Assembly: GCA_016932495.1 (NCBI GenBank)
Contig: JAFGCR010000002.1
Span: 8,519-72,518 of the forward strand
DNA from: Candidatus Peregrinibacteria bacterium
GTDB lineage: Bacteria; Patescibacteriota; Gracilibacteria; UM-FILTER-43-11
Direction: 5' to 3'
Length of the DNA: 64,000 bases
The notes beneath the pieces were generated by a model. That model had not been told where the DNA came from and did not search any database. It was given only the letters and a program-made list of their open reading frames with translations. The position numbers were made by a program, and so were the translations under genes. Positions 29,114-39,314 of this stretch are shown piece by piece. Within the stretch, counting starts at the first letter, position 1. Each line of letters opens with the position of its first letter.

Positions 29114-30499
29114 TTATTCCCCTGTGCCTGCCGCTGAGACCTCCAGCTCCGGCGGAGTGGGCTTAAGAGAAAAGCTGGGCCAGCTGTAGCTGTAACGGTT
29201 GCCCGGGCTCCAGATCACAAAGCCGGCACCCCCCGCATCATAAGTCGCTTGTACCTGGTCATTCATAAACCATGTGCCAAAACCGTTTATTCTTAAAGGA
29301 AAGCCTTGTACCCACGTCCGGATTTGCGCATTCCCATCGGCTTTTTCAACAAAATTTCTGATGGAATCATGCACAAAGCCGTACGGCGCCCCCCAGGGAT
29401 TCGTGTAGCCATAGTAACCCGGGCTGACATGGGAGGGATAGGTCATGGGGTAGATCGCATCTACATATTTGGCGATCTCAGCCGGGTCCTGGCCCACGAT
29501 GTTCCAATCCACATTTCCCCATACAATGGCTCCGAATACATCCACACTTAATTCGATGCCATGATCATCGGCCAAGCGGCGCGCTTTGGCTAAAAAGTCA
29601 GTGATGATGTCTGACCGAGAGAATTTTTCTTCATCATAATGGTAATCAAGACTCTGGTGTGCGGCTGCCGGGAAACGGATGTAGTCGAACTGGATTTCAT
29701 CGAAGCCCAGATTGGCTACCTCCTGCATAATATAGAGGTTGTAATTCTGCACCCCCGGCTTTGACGGATCCAGCCATCGGTAATCGTATAACCCGCCCCA
29801 TTTGTTCTGGATCCTCCATTCCGGCTTACGGGAACCGACATACGGGTCATTGAATACTACCTGCCGGGCAATCACATAGAGCCCTTTTTTATGTAATTCG
29901 TTGATGATCTCAGGAAAATTATCCAGTAACGTGTCACCCGGATTGATGCTTTTTAAATAGTCATTTTTAGGCGTAAAGGCCAGGAGGCCGCCTCCATGTT
30001 CCACATCGATTACCACAGCGTTACCGCCGCTTTCTATGAGTTTATCGACCAGTTCCCAGCCGTAAGCGCTTGCCATGGTTCCTACCGTGATATAAATGCC
30101 TTTTACAGAATCAGGGGTTTTCATCCGGTTGATGATCACGCTATTTTCTTTTTTTACTTCAAGAATTTCAGGGTTTTCATCCAGTGCGGGCTCCACCTTG
30201 TCTTCTTTCGGCTGAGAATCGGCAACCGCGTCTTTAGTATCGTCTGCCTGCCCCGTATCCTGCGAGGATGTGTCTGATACGTTGTCAGGCATAGCTTTTT
30301 CAGTGTCTTTTTTATTTTTTCCCTCCTCTAATATTTTTTCGCTGGCATTGGCCTTTAATTCTGTCTGGATGGCATTGATTTTTTCCAGATAATAATTGAT
30401 CAGGCTGAAAATACGGTTTTCTTCCGCAAAGACACTTCCGTAAAACACCAGCGCAATCAACACGCCCGCAATCCCGATGATGGACCGTTTTTTGCTCAA
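29114..30499 (-). CDS. Putative glycoside hydrolase (DUF4015-like TIM barrel), exported
   Basis: N-terminal signal/TM; GFDEIQFDYIRFP, IYPMTYPSH, WVQGF. Confidence 0.8.
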   Translation of the reverse strand: MSKKRSIIGIAGVLIALVFYGSVFAEENRIFSLINYYLEKINAIQTELKANASEKILEEGKNKKDTEKAMPDNVSDTSSQDTGQADDTKDAVADSQPKEDKVEPALDENPEILEVKKENSVIINRMKTPDSVKGIYITVGTMASAYGWELVDKLIESGGNAVVIDVEHGGGLLAFTPKNDYLKSINPGDTLLDNFPEIINELHKKGLYVIARQVVFNDPYVGSRKPEWRIQNKWGGLYDYRWLDPSKPGVQNYNLYIMQEVANLGFDEIQFDYIRFPAAAHQSLDYHYDEEKFSRSDIITDFLAKARRLADDHGIELSVDVFGAIVWGNVDWNIVGQDPAEIAKYVDAIYPMTYPSHVSPGYYGYTNPWGAPYGFVHDSIRNFVEKADGNAQIRTWVQGFPLRINGFGTWFMNDQVQATYDAGGAGFVIWSPGNRYSYSWPSFSLKPTPPELEVSAAGTGE

Positions 30500-30503
30500 G
30501 GGG

Positions 30504-31469
30504 TTAATAAGTCAGTTGGTACCAGTTTGTTTCCGCTGGACTATAAAAATAAATCATTCCGCCCCTTTCTGCCAATACTTTTTCAATTTTAAAGTCCGTT
30601 TTTCTCATAATTGCCCTGGTTCCCCTGTCAGAAACACTGAAGCTTTCGATCAGGGATTCATTTTTTTCTTCATTATAAGTGAAATAAATCAGCGTATCGC
30701 CATCTTCCCATACAGCATTTCCAAGATCAAGTGTCTGGCCGATGGCTTCGATCGTCCTTTCAGCCGCCTCTATCTTGTATAATTCGTTTTTGCTGTCATT
30801 GGCGAGCAGATAACTCCCCGCTGGTGACCAGGTTAGGTTCAGGGGCAGGAAGGGGGTGATTATTTTTTTGCGTGATGTCCTTTTAATATCAATAAAATAG
30901 ATATCGGTTTCCAGAATGCCTGCCAGCTGGCTGGCGTCAGGAGACCAATGCCATTCAAGGTCCTCTTTCATATTTTTTAAAGCCGCTACAGGCATTATTC
31001 CGGATTTATCCCATAATTTTACTTTTTCATCTTCCGGGTCCCAAAATACCAGCTTTTCCCCGGAAGGGTCCCATGCGGGCGCAATCAGCGGCCTGTTCCG
31101 CAGAGCCTCAGGAAGCTCACGATTTTTATCGGTTTGCTCCGGGGCGATTTCAATTGGCTGTAATGTCGGTATTTTTTTGAGCGTTACAGCCACTTCGTCA
31201 GTACGGCCGCGTTTTACGGGTACGTTTATGCTTTCTGTAATATACCCGTCCTTGCGGATCTCCAGATGATAGGAACCGCTTTTTAAAACTATTTCACAGG
31301 GGTCTGTTTCGCAGAGTGTCTGGTTCTCCCCCTCTATAATAAAGTAAGAGGTCATTCCTGTCATAATCTTTAGTGCCCCTTTATTGAGAGGATAAAACCA
31401 CATATAAACCCCTCCGGCTAAAAGCAGGGTAATGAGTAAGACCAGGATGTTCTTAAGCCGTTTGAGCAT
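30504..31469 (-). CDS. Membrane-anchored PEGA-like plus beta-propeller protein
   Basis: TM; G.YHLEIRKDGY; repeated WSP/WDP motifs. Confidence 0.65.
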   Translation of the reverse strand: MLKRLKNILVLLITLLLAGGVYMWFYPLNKGALKIMTGMTSYFIIEGENQTLCETDPCEIVLKSGSYHLEIRKDGYITESINVPVKRGRTDEVAVTLKKIPTLQPIEIAPEQTDKNRELPEALRNRPLIAPAWDPSGEKLVFWDPEDEKVKLWDKSGIMPVAALKNMKEDLEWHWSPDASQLAGILETDIYFIDIKRTSRKKIITPFLPLNLTWSPAGSYLLANDSKNELYKIEAAERTIEAIGQTLDLGNAVWEDGDTLIYFTYNEEKNESLIESFSVSDRGTRAIMRKTDFKIEKVLAERGGMIYFYSPAETNWYQLTY

Positions 31470-31471
31470 AT

Positions 31472-31831
31472 TTATAAGCTGATGTTTTCAAAATGCTGTA
31501 CGAGGGCTTCCCCATTGTCCCATTCAATGCTTATTATATCAATCCTCCAGTCGCGGTCTTCCTGATTTTTTTCCGTCAGCCATTGTTCGGCAGTTTCGAT
31601 GATCTTTTCAATTTTAGCCTCATCCACCGCTTCTTCCGGGTAGCCGAACGCACGGTTATGGCGCGTTTTTACTTCTGCAAAGACGATCTCATCACTTGCG
31701 GGATCGCGCGCGATGAGATCGATTTCCCCGGACCGTTTCAGATAATTGCGGGCAAGGATATCATATCCTTTACCCGCTAAATATCTGACGGCTTTTTCCT
31801 CCCCCTTCTTTCCAAACGCTTTTCGGTCCAT
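31472..31831 (-). CDS. yraN: YraN (UPF0102) family endonuclease-like protein
   Basis: GEIDLIA, FAEVKTR, RIDIISI. Confidence 0.92.
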   Translation of the reverse strand: MDRKAFGKKGEEKAVRYLAGKGYDILARNYLKRSGEIDLIARDPASDEIVFAEVKTRHNRAFGYPEEAVDEAKIEKIIETAEQWLTEKNQEDRDWRIDIISIEWDNGEALVQHFENISL

Positions 31832-32413
31832 TTATATGAATAAACTTAAAGTAAAGCTAGCCCCGATAGGGATGAGCAGGTTGTCATCGATTTCAAAATT
31901 GAAGATCCGGATGTTTGGCATTTCCAGAAACATGGCGATGCAGGAGGCCGCGATGGCGGCGGGCAGGTTCGGCACAAAAAAATAGGCTATCGGAATGGAA
32001 ACAAGTATTCCAACAAAAGTCCCTTCCACATATTTATCCGGATTGAGTTTGGTTTTGATCTTCCCATAATGCCGGCCTACCAGATTAGAGACTGCGTCCC
32101 CGAAACTCAGGATCAAGATACCTGCGTAAGCTGGTAAGGGGTCAAACAACAGAAGTGACAAAAAAGCCCCGATGGTAAAAAATAGAACCCCCCGTCCCGG
32201 GAAATTCGCCATGTGATGGTCCCGTTCGAATAAGCTTAAAACCCGCCGGCAAAGCCCCAGACGTTCACGTTTTATCATGAATGACATAATGGAGCCGCCC
32301 AGGATCATACCGAATAATATCGGAAGCGTGAGAATATCATAAAGATGAAGCAGGATGATAGCGGGCCCGTAGATGATATGGATGATCTGACGGCGGAATT
32401 CTAATTTGTGCAT
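31832..32413 (-). CDS. CTP-dependent polyprenol/diacylglycerol kinase family (SEC59/DGK1/VTE5-like) membrane protein
   Basis: RRQIIH, GDAVSNLVGRHYG, K..EGT, DDNLLIP. Confidence 0.8.
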   Translation of the reverse strand: MHKLEFRRQIIHIIYGPAIILLHLYDILTLPILFGMILGGSIMSFMIKRERLGLCRRVLSLFERDHHMANFPGRGVLFFTIGAFLSLLLFDPLPAYAGILILSFGDAVSNLVGRHYGKIKTKLNPDKYVEGTFVGILVSIPIAYFFVPNLPAAIAASCIAMFLEMPNIRIFNFEIDDNLLIPIGASFTLSLFI

Positions 32414-32424
32414 AGTAATATAAT

Positions 32425-32510
32425 TCCCAATGACTCAATGGCCAATGACCAATTTTATTTATTAAGCAGACCATCATTGGTCATCGGGACATTGGAAATT
32501 GGCCATTGAG
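32425..32510. repeat. Inverted 7/8-mer array (caatgac family)
   Basis: ccaatgactcaatggccaatgaccaat ... cattggtcatcgggacattggaaattggccattg. Confidence 0.75.
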
Positions 32511-32547
32511 TATGTTACCTTATTTATGTTTTATTTACCACGTTCAA

Positions 32548-33672
32548 ATGTTGCTCACGCGCGAATCCTTTGAGACCAGAGAAAACAAAATCCTTGCCCC
32601 CTATGCTGTCAGAAGTGCGGAAAGCCATGGCCGTGAGTTTAAAGAACCGGAGGATCCTTATCGTACCTGTTTTCAGCGCGATCGGGACCGTGTCATCCAC
32701 TCCAAGGCCTTCCGGCGTTTAAAAGGAAAAACCCAGGTTTTTATTGCCCATTACGGCGACCATTACCGCTCCCGTCTTACTCATACCATGGAAGTCGCCC
32801 AGCTAAGCCGGGATCTGGCCCGCATGCTGAATTTGAATGAAGACCTCGCGGAAACTATCGCCCTGGCTCATGACCTTGGCCACACGCCTTTCGGCCACGC
32901 GGGTCAGGATACGGTAAATGAACTGATGCGGGAATATGGGCAGAGTTTTGAGCATAACGAACAGAGCCGGCGTGTGGTGGAATATCTGGAAGAAAAGAGC
33001 GCTGATTACCGGGGGCTTAATCTTACTTTTGAAGTCCGCGATGGCCTGATCAAACACCGTACCTCTTTTGACCAGCCCGTTTCTTTAGATGTCCATATGC
33101 CCTCTTTAGAGGCACAGATAGTGAATATGGCTGATGAGATTGCTTATCTGAATCATGATATTGATGACGGTTTGCGTGCGGGGATTCTAAAAAAAGAGGC
33201 ATTAAATGATTTGGCGATCTGGAAGAAGACCCAGACAAATGTAAACCAGACTTTACCTCAGCCTTTTCTTATTTCAGCGATGATCTCCAGCCTGATCGGT
33301 TTGATGATCCATGATTTGGCCGACAATACCGATCACCTCATTGCTTCCGCCGGGATCAGCGATCTGGAATCGGTTTATAGCCACTCTAAGCCCCTATCCA
33401 CCTTCTCAGAAGGCTTTAAAAAAGAATGTGCTGAACTGAAAGATTTTTTATACGAATATTTTTACCGTTCTAATGGGGTGGCTGATTACAATATAAAGGG
33501 GCAGAACATCATCCGTTTTCTGTTTAAAAAATTGATGTCTAATTTTCAGCTTCTTCCTGAAAAAATCCGCCAAAATCCTTATGGGGAAGAAAGTCATGTG
33601 CTGGTAAAGGATTATATCGCCGGCATGACCGACCAGTTTGCACTGGATCTGTATGATCAATTAACGAAATGA
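32548..33672 (+). CDS. dgt: Deoxyguanosinetriphosphate triphosphohydrolase
   Basis: FQRDRDR, RSRLTHT, AHDLGHTPFGH, DYIAGMTD. Confidence 0.95.
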   Translation: MLLTRESFETRENKILAPYAVRSAESHGREFKEPEDPYRTCFQRDRDRVIHSKAFRRLKGKTQVFIAHYGDHYRSRLTHTMEVAQLSRDLARMLNLNEDLAETIALAHDLGHTPFGHAGQDTVNELMREYGQSFEHNEQSRRVVEYLEEKSADYRGLNLTFEVRDGLIKHRTSFDQPVSLDVHMPSLEAQIVNMADEIAYLNHDIDDGLRAGILKKEALNDLAIWKKTQTNVNQTLPQPFLISAMISSLIGLMIHDLADNTDHLIASAGISDLESVYSHSKPLSTFSEGFKKECAELKDFLYEYFYRSNGVADYNIKGQNIIRFLFKKLMSNFQLLPEKIRQNPYGEESHVLVKDYIAGMTDQFALDLYDQLTK

Positions 33673-33764
33673 CGACACGACGATGCAACGACACGACAAC
33701 TGTTTTTAGTTGATAGTTTTTAACTTTTAGTTGTATCGTTATTTCGTTATTTCGTTATTTCGTT
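33662..33764. repeat. Inverted octamer array
   Basis: aacgaaat gacgacac gacgatgc aacgacac ... (cgttattt)x3. Confidence 0.85.
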
Positions 33765-33769
33765 TAATT

Positions 33770-34216
33770 GTGCAATGCCCCAAATGCAAAAACGCAGAGA
33801 CCAAGGTGATTGATTCCCGTTTGGCAGAACAGGGGAAGGTCATCCGGCGTCGCCGTGAGTGCGAAAAATGCGGCCGCCGTTTTACCACGTTTGAACGGCA
33901 GGAGATCGGCAGTTTAATGGTGAAAAAGAAAGATGGCACTTTTGAACCGTATAGCCGGACTAAACTCGAAAACGGTATCTGGATCGCCTGCGGGAAGCGT
34001 CCAGTCACCCAGGTTCAGATCGATAAGATGATCAATAGTCTGGAAGAGAAATGGAGCGCGAATAAAAAAGGCATTTCCAGCCAGACCATCGGCAACGATG
34101 TGATGGATGCCCTCAAGAAAATGGATCACATTGCTTATATCCGTTTTGCCAGTGTGTACCGCAGTTTTAAGGATGTGGATGAATTTAAAGAAGAGCTGGC
34201 TAAACTTTTAAAATAA
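33770..34216 (+). CDS. nrdR: Transcriptional repressor NrdR
   Basis: CPKC...VIDSR...RRRRECEKC..RFTTFE; AYIRFASVY; GTG start. Confidence 0.96.
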   Translation: MQCPKCKNAETKVIDSRLAEQGKVIRRRRECEKCGRRFTTFERQEIGSLMVKKKDGTFEPYSRTKLENGIWIACGKRPVTQVQIDKMINSLEEKWSANKKGISSQTIGNDVMDALKKMDHIAYIRFASVYRSFKDVDEFKEELAKLLK

Positions 34217-34222
34217 AAATCT

Positions 34223-34684
34223 ATGCGTTTTCACCGGCTTATCGCCGTTCTTATTGTCACTCTTTTTGTCGGCATCAACGCCTTCTTGTTTTCAGATTAT
34301 CTTGGTTTTGAGAAAATACGCCTGGTGACAGAAAGGGGCGATGTGTATAAACTAAAAGTCGAAATAGCCGATACTTTTGAACAAAGACAAAAAGGTCTGA
34401 TGTACCGGAAGCATCTGGATGTGGGCCGGGGGATGCTGTTTGTTTATATAGAACCGGTGCTACCATCTTTTTGGATGAAAAACATGCGCTTCCCGCTTGA
34501 TATTATTTTTATCGGAGAGGACTTACGCGTAAAAACTATTCATGAAAAAGTTCCTCCCTGCGAAACGGAACCTTGTGAACTCTATTCCCCCTCTTCCCGC
34601 ATCCGGTACGTTTTAGAGGTGCCGGGCGGGTATTCCTCCCTCTTTAAAATCAAACCGGGTGATCGTTTGGAATTTGATGAATGA
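34223..34684 (+). CDS. DUF192 family protein
   Basis: VEIADT...GLMYR...GMLF, FWMKNM.FPLDIIF, YVLEV. Confidence 0.9.
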   Translation: MRFHRLIAVLIVTLFVGINAFLFSDYLGFEKIRLVTERGDVYKLKVEIADTFEQRQKGLMYRKHLDVGRGMLFVYIEPVLPSFWMKNMRFPLDIIFIGEDLRVKTIHEKVPPCETEPCELYSPSSRIRYVLEVPGGYSSLFKIKPGDRLEFDE

Positions 34685-34693
34685 GTATGGGTA

Positions 34694-34754
34694 ACGAATA
34701 GATGCGAATAGATACGTATAGAGATCTATTCGAGTCAATCCGCTTCCATTCGTT
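34694..34754. repeat. Inverted 10-mer array
   Basis: acgaatagat gcgaatagat acgtatagag / atctattcga gtcaatccgc ttccattcgt. Confidence 0.75.
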
Positions 34755-34756
34755 GC

Positions 34757-35986
34757 CTATTGGTTTTTCAGGTATTCCAGCGCCGCGTCCAATTGAGGGT
34801 CGAGGTCTGCTTCAATGTCATCCAGCGTCCGTTCCACTTTAATATCGGGCTCAATCCCTAATTCTGTGATATTTATATTATTCGGTGTGTACCATTTTGC
34901 CACCGTTACCCGTAAGCTGGAGCCATCAATCAGGCTTTCGACTTCCTGAACCGTTCCTTTGCCGAAACTGGTTTCTCCGATAATAACTCCCCGGTCATGG
35001 TCGCGGATGGCGCCCGCCACGATTTCAGATGCCGAAGCGCTTCCTTTATTGATCAGAACGGCTAAGGGGATACTGACGGCACGGGCTTTGCCATTCACAT
35101 AGATCACCTCGTCTTCTTCGGGGTTTCGTTTTTTTACTGACACCACCTTTCCTTTTTCAATGAATTCTGAGGCGATGTCCACGGCGCCCTCCAGGTATCC
35201 TCCGCCATTGTAGCGCAGGTCCAGGATGATCCCCGAGGGGCGTTTGGCCAGGATCTCGCTGATAGCCCGGCTGAATTCCTCTTTGGTTTTGGCGCCGAAT
35301 TGGTTTAATTCGATCAGTGCGACATCCCCTTTCATTTCCCATTCCACACTGCTGATATTGATGGCTTCCCGAACGATTGTGACCTCAATAGGTTCGGGGT
35401 GCTTATCCCGCACAATGGTCAACGTCACCTTACTGCCCCTTGGCCCCCGTATTTTCATGACCGCCTGCTCAAACGTATATTCTTCCACATCCACTCCGTT
35501 GATTCTCAGGATGATATCTTCCGGCTGGATACCGGCCCGTTTGGCGGGGGAATTTTTAAGCGGGGATACAACGGTGATCAGGCCGTGCCTCAGCGTTAAT
35601 TCCGCCCCGATCCCTTCCAGCGTCCCCTCCATACTGGCTTGAAAATCTTTGTTTTCCTTTGGCGTGAGGAAGGTGGTATAGGGATCATCCAGCGAATAGA
35701 CCATCCCACGGATAGCTCCATAGACCATTTCTTTGTAGTCGAGCGCCTGAGGATCCACATATTTACTTGCCAGCAAACTCCATACATCCCAAAACAGCTG
35801 CATGTCCACTTTATTGTCCGCATTACGGGTTATTTCGTTTTCAATCCGATAGCTGCTTCCCTGTCTTTCTGTCTGGTTCGCTCCCACGTGCCATCCCAGC
35901 GCGAATACAAAGGCAATCAGGATGATCAGCCCTAATATTTTAGGAGTTGACGTGTTGTTTTCGTGCAGGTAAGGGTTCTTTTTCAT
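34757..35986 (-). CDS. ctpA: S41 family C-terminal processing protease with PDZ domain
   Basis: DLRYNGGG, SASASEIVAG, FGKGTVQ; start at MKKNP. Confidence 0.93.
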   Translation of the reverse strand: MKKNPYLHENNTSTPKILGLIILIAFVFALGWHVGANQTERQGSSYRIENEITRNADNKVDMQLFWDVWSLLASKYVDPQALDYKEMVYGAIRGMVYSLDDPYTTFLTPKENKDFQASMEGTLEGIGAELTLRHGLITVVSPLKNSPAKRAGIQPEDIILRINGVDVEEYTFEQAVMKIRGPRGSKVTLTIVRDKHPEPIEVTIVREAINISSVEWEMKGDVALIELNQFGAKTKEEFSRAISEILAKRPSGIILDLRYNGGGYLEGAVDIASEFIEKGKVVSVKKRNPEEDEVIYVNGKARAVSIPLAVLINKGSASASEIVAGAIRDHDRGVIIGETSFGKGTVQEVESLIDGSSLRVTVAKWYTPNNINITELGIEPDIKVERTLDDIEADLDPQLDAALEYLKNQ

Positions 35987-35990
35987 AGAT

Positions 35991-36101
35991 TTCGTATTGT
36001 GATTCGGATTGCAGGTCGTATCGTGGGCCGTATAGTGGCTCGTATTGTGGTCTACTATTCGATCCACAACTCGGCCAACCATTCAAGCCACTATCCGGAA
36101 T
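35991..36101. repeat. Inverted 12-mer array
   Basis: cgtattgtgatt cggattgcaggt cgtatcgtgggc cgtatagtggct cgtattgtggtc followed by a degenerate complement. Confidence 0.7.
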
Positions 36102-36103
36102 TA

Positions 36104-37219
36104 TTATCCAAATAATCCTTTATTTTGCGGTTTGATAGTCAGTTTAGCTTCTTTTATCAATTCCTCATATAGTTCTTTTTCTTTTTTATTTAGTTTCTGC
36201 GGGATATCCACGATGATTTTAACATAGTGGTCGCCTTTTGCGGCAGATCCTACTTTCGGCACCCCGTACCCCTTTAATTTAAATATTTTTCCGTTTTCAG
36301 TGCCAGCCTGCATTTTGAGTTTCACGTTTCCGTGGATGGTTTTGACGTTTACCTCATCACCCATCACTGCCTGCAGAAGATGGATATGCTGTTCAGTTTT
36401 AATGTCATCTCCCTCCCGCCTGAATTCATCACTCGGACTGATCGAGATGTGGGCAAATAGGTCTCCGGCCACTCCTCCTTTTAAGCCCGCTTCCCCTTTG
36501 CCAGACAGCCGAATGGCGGCTTTGTCATGGATGCCGGCAGGGATTTTGATCTTGATCTTCTGGTTTTTGATCACACGCCCTTCCCCTTTGCATTCACGGC
36601 ACTTTTTTTCCGGCACTTTGCCAGCGCCGTTACAGACTTCGCAGGTAGCAGCCGTTTGGATCTGTCCTAGCGGCGTTCGTTGTATCCGTACGTGCTGGCC
36701 GGTTCCCCGACAGGTGTCACAGTCAATGATCTTACTGCCGGGTTCATTGCCCATTCCCTTGCAATGTTCACAGGTTTCGTAGCGGCTTAATTCCACTTCT
36801 TTGGTGGCGCCGAAAACCGCTTCGTCAAAGGTCAGCCGGACGACGATCTCAATGTCATTTCCGCGGATCGGGCCGCGTTTGGCCTGTGCCTTACGCGCGC
36901 CGCCCCCAAAAAATGTGTCAAAAATATCACCAAATCCTCCGCCAAAATCAAAATTGACGTTTTGAAAGCCACTGAAATCAAATCCACCGAATCCGGCTCC
37001 ACCCGGCCCGGTGCCCACGCTCCCGAACTGGTCGTATTGCGCCTTTTTTTGTTTGTCGCCCAAAACCTCATAGGCAGCAGTCACTTCTTTAAACTTTTTT
37101 TCATCCGCCTTACTGCCGCCTTTATCCGGATGGTATTTCATAGCCAGCCGCCGATAGGCTTTTTTGATGTCGGCATCCGATGCGTTTTTATCGACCCCGA
37201 GGGTTTTGTATGGATCCAT
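36104..37219 (-). CDS. dnaJ: Chaperone DnaJ
   Basis: HPD motif, G/F region, four CxxCxGxG. Confidence 0.97.
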   Translation of the reverse strand: MDPYKTLGVDKNASDADIKKAYRRLAMKYHPDKGGSKADEKKFKEVTAAYEVLGDKQKKAQYDQFGSVGTGPGGAGFGGFDFSGFQNVNFDFGGGFGDIFDTFFGGGARKAQAKRGPIRGNDIEIVVRLTFDEAVFGATKEVELSRYETCEHCKGMGNEPGSKIIDCDTCRGTGQHVRIQRTPLGQIQTAATCEVCNGAGKVPEKKCRECKGEGRVIKNQKIKIKIPAGIHDKAAIRLSGKGEAGLKGGVAGDLFAHISISPSDEFRREGDDIKTEQHIHLLQAVMGDEVNVKTIHGNVKLKMQAGTENGKIFKLKGYGVPKVGSAAKGDHYVKIIVDIPQKLNKKEKELYEELIKEAKLTIKPQNKGLFG

Positions 37220-37293
37220 AATTAACAATTGACATTTGACAATTGACATTTGACTTTAAAAGTCAGGTGTTAAATGTCAGGTGTCAGGTGTTT
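37220..37293. repeat. Inverted heptamer array (gtcaaat family)
   Basis: ttgacat ttgacaa ttgacat ttgactt ... gtcaggt gttaaat gtcaggt gtcaggt. Confidence 0.85.
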
Positions 37294-37349
37294 ATAAATT
37301 AGCCTGTAAATTTTATTGAAAATAGGCAGAAAAGTAAAGGTCATGCCAA

Positions 37350-39131
37350 CTATTCAATAGCAGGCGTTTCTACCGGTGCTGTGTCAGGGATTTCACCCAG
37401 TCGGATTTCCGGCACTTCACTTTTTGGTTTGATGCGCTGGACGACCGTGATAGATTTCGGGTCGGGAAGAATCTGGATGCCCGTTTGGTCTTTAAGGCCT
37501 TTTAAATCTATGCGGTAGGATTCCAGCGTCTGATCGGTTACACCCTCCACTTCGAGCTGGATCACGTTTGGCTGGATTAGCTCTGTGTAAATCACATTCA
37601 CCTCATCTGTGTTCTCATTATTTTTATTCAAATCGGCAATAGAAAAATTTTGGGGGTTATTGGCCGTGGCCGGATCCATGGGTTCGTTCCAGATAATGTT
37701 GATACGAGTGAGGTCTTCAAACTCCTGTTCGATTGGATAAGGCGGAGTGGTATCAGGCAGGATTTTTACGGCTAGATCTTTATCGTTTTCCAGTTTCCCC
37801 ATAAAAAGCGCCCGATTTTCACGGGTATCAAAATCATCGCTTTCCATTAATTTTCCCTCGGCGGTCTCCACAGTGAGTTTGTAAAAGGCTTCACTGCCGG
37901 ATTGTTTGATGAGTCGCAGCTGATATTGGTCATGCAGAAAGGTGTTGCGCGGCAAAGTATAAGTGTAGCTTAAACTTGTCTTGCTCCCCGCCGGCAGGAT
38001 GATCTTCGTTCCTATCATTTTAAATTCTCCCTCACCCTGTTCCTGGCTGTCTAAGGGCAGCTGAAGCACGTCCGCCCCCTTGGGAATATAAAGCCTTAAG
38101 TATCCTTTGTAATTATCGCTGTACGTATTGGTGAATCCAGGGTAGCGGATGGTCACCTCGGTCGTGATCTCCGGCAGTTCTTTCGTGATATTGGCGTAAT
38201 AATGGACTTCGGTCTGCACGTAACGGTCCGCCTTTTTACTGCCCAGATTCGCCAGGTTTACCGTCAGGAAGTCGCTTCGTTCCAATGGCGCCATGGCATT
38301 GGCCCAGCTTTTTTCAATTAATTTGTTTTCCAGCCGTTCGTTTTTAAGCCACAGATAGATATTTTTATTGTTCAGCCCGTCCACGAACAGGTCACGGGTT
38401 TTAAACGGATGGCGTTTGGCTTTACCGATTAATTGGATGGCCAGTTCCCCCAGAATATCTTTTCGGTTTTCCAGCGCATCTACATCGTGCCGGTCAATAT
38501 TGTTCACTTCGAATTCCAGTTCGCTGAACAGATTATTTTTGGTCAGCTGTTTTCCATTCAGGCTGATTCCGCCGAATTCATCGATCATCTTTTCAATCAG
38601 GCTGAAATTTACCACAATCAGCCCATCCACATCCTTATCGGGGAATTTTTCCTGGTAAAACTTGATCAGTTCTTCGGCTGCGCCCGGGAAGTCCGGATCC
38701 CAGTTGGCGTCGCGGAAGGTATATCCTTGGTACCATTCATTTTTCAGCAGTTCTTCGTGCGGATAGGGGGGCGTGACATAGCTTTTGGTGTCGATGTCGT
38801 ATGAATTTTTAAAGGTCACATCGCCCGGGAAACCCATGAATGTACTTATTTCTCCGTACCCCGTGATAAACCCGCCCCCTGGCCGTAATTCATAATCATT
38901 CTGCAGAATGACCACATAATCTTTGCTGAAAAAGGTAAGGCCTAAGAAATGGTTGGCGAAAAAACGCAGTTCCCCCAGCATCAGGTAAAAGATAAAGAAG
39001 GTCAGAACGATGATGCCCACAATGATCCCGGCCCACTTTTTAACGCCTTTGGGCAGTTTGATCTTTAAAGAGCGTCCGCCCTTTTTCTTCTCCTGTTTTT
39101 GCTGACTGTAAGGTGAATAGGCGTATTCCAT
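37350..39131 (-). CDS. DUF4012-like membrane-anchored protein with C-terminal Ig-like domain
   Basis: LQNDYELRPGGGFITG, RDANWDPDFP, N.GSKKADRY, YLRLYIP. Confidence 0.8.
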   Translation of the reverse strand: MEYAYSPYSQQKQEKKKGGRSLKIKLPKGVKKWAGIIVGIIVLTFFIFYLMLGELRFFANHFLGLTFFSKDYVVILQNDYELRPGGGFITGYGEISTFMGFPGDVTFKNSYDIDTKSYVTPPYPHEELLKNEWYQGYTFRDANWDPDFPGAAEELIKFYQEKFPDKDVDGLIVVNFSLIEKMIDEFGGISLNGKQLTKNNLFSELEFEVNNIDRHDVDALENRKDILGELAIQLIGKAKRHPFKTRDLFVDGLNNKNIYLWLKNERLENKLIEKSWANAMAPLERSDFLTVNLANLGSKKADRYVQTEVHYYANITKELPEITTEVTIRYPGFTNTYSDNYKGYLRLYIPKGADVLQLPLDSQEQGEGEFKMIGTKIILPAGSKTSLSYTYTLPRNTFLHDQYQLRLIKQSGSEAFYKLTVETAEGKLMESDDFDTRENRALFMGKLENDKDLAVKILPDTTPPYPIEQEFEDLTRINIIWNEPMDPATANNPQNFSIADLNKNNENTDEVNVIYTELIQPNVIQLEVEGVTDQTLESYRIDLKGLKDQTGIQILPDPKSITVVQRIKPKSEVPEIRLGEIPDTAPVETPAIE

Positions 39132-39197
39132 AAAATGGGTTAGTTCGAATGGATTATAACTTAAAAATACGGAAAGCTGAAATTATAAAGTTAATAA

Positions 39198-39225
39198 TTG
39201 ACAATTATTTTTTTATTAATAAAAT
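39198..39225 (+). promoter_or_regulatory. Sigma70 promoter of the irregular-tRNA unit
   Basis: TTGACA-N16-TAAAAT in AT-rich context. Confidence 0.75.
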
Positions 39226-39314
39226 GAGTATCTGATTCAGCGTAGGATGCGTTCTTTTAAGGAGCGTTCCTATACTGTTTCAGTAGGTTCCGAGTGCTCG
39301 GAATCGCTACTTAT

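Noticed and set aside
35987..36082. N-terminal extensions in the ORF track for the S41 protease (also dnaJ, nrdR, rpmI, yggT, rpsH, infA)
   Set aside because: They are translations of intergenic repeats or upstream sequence; starts were moved to the conserved N-termini.
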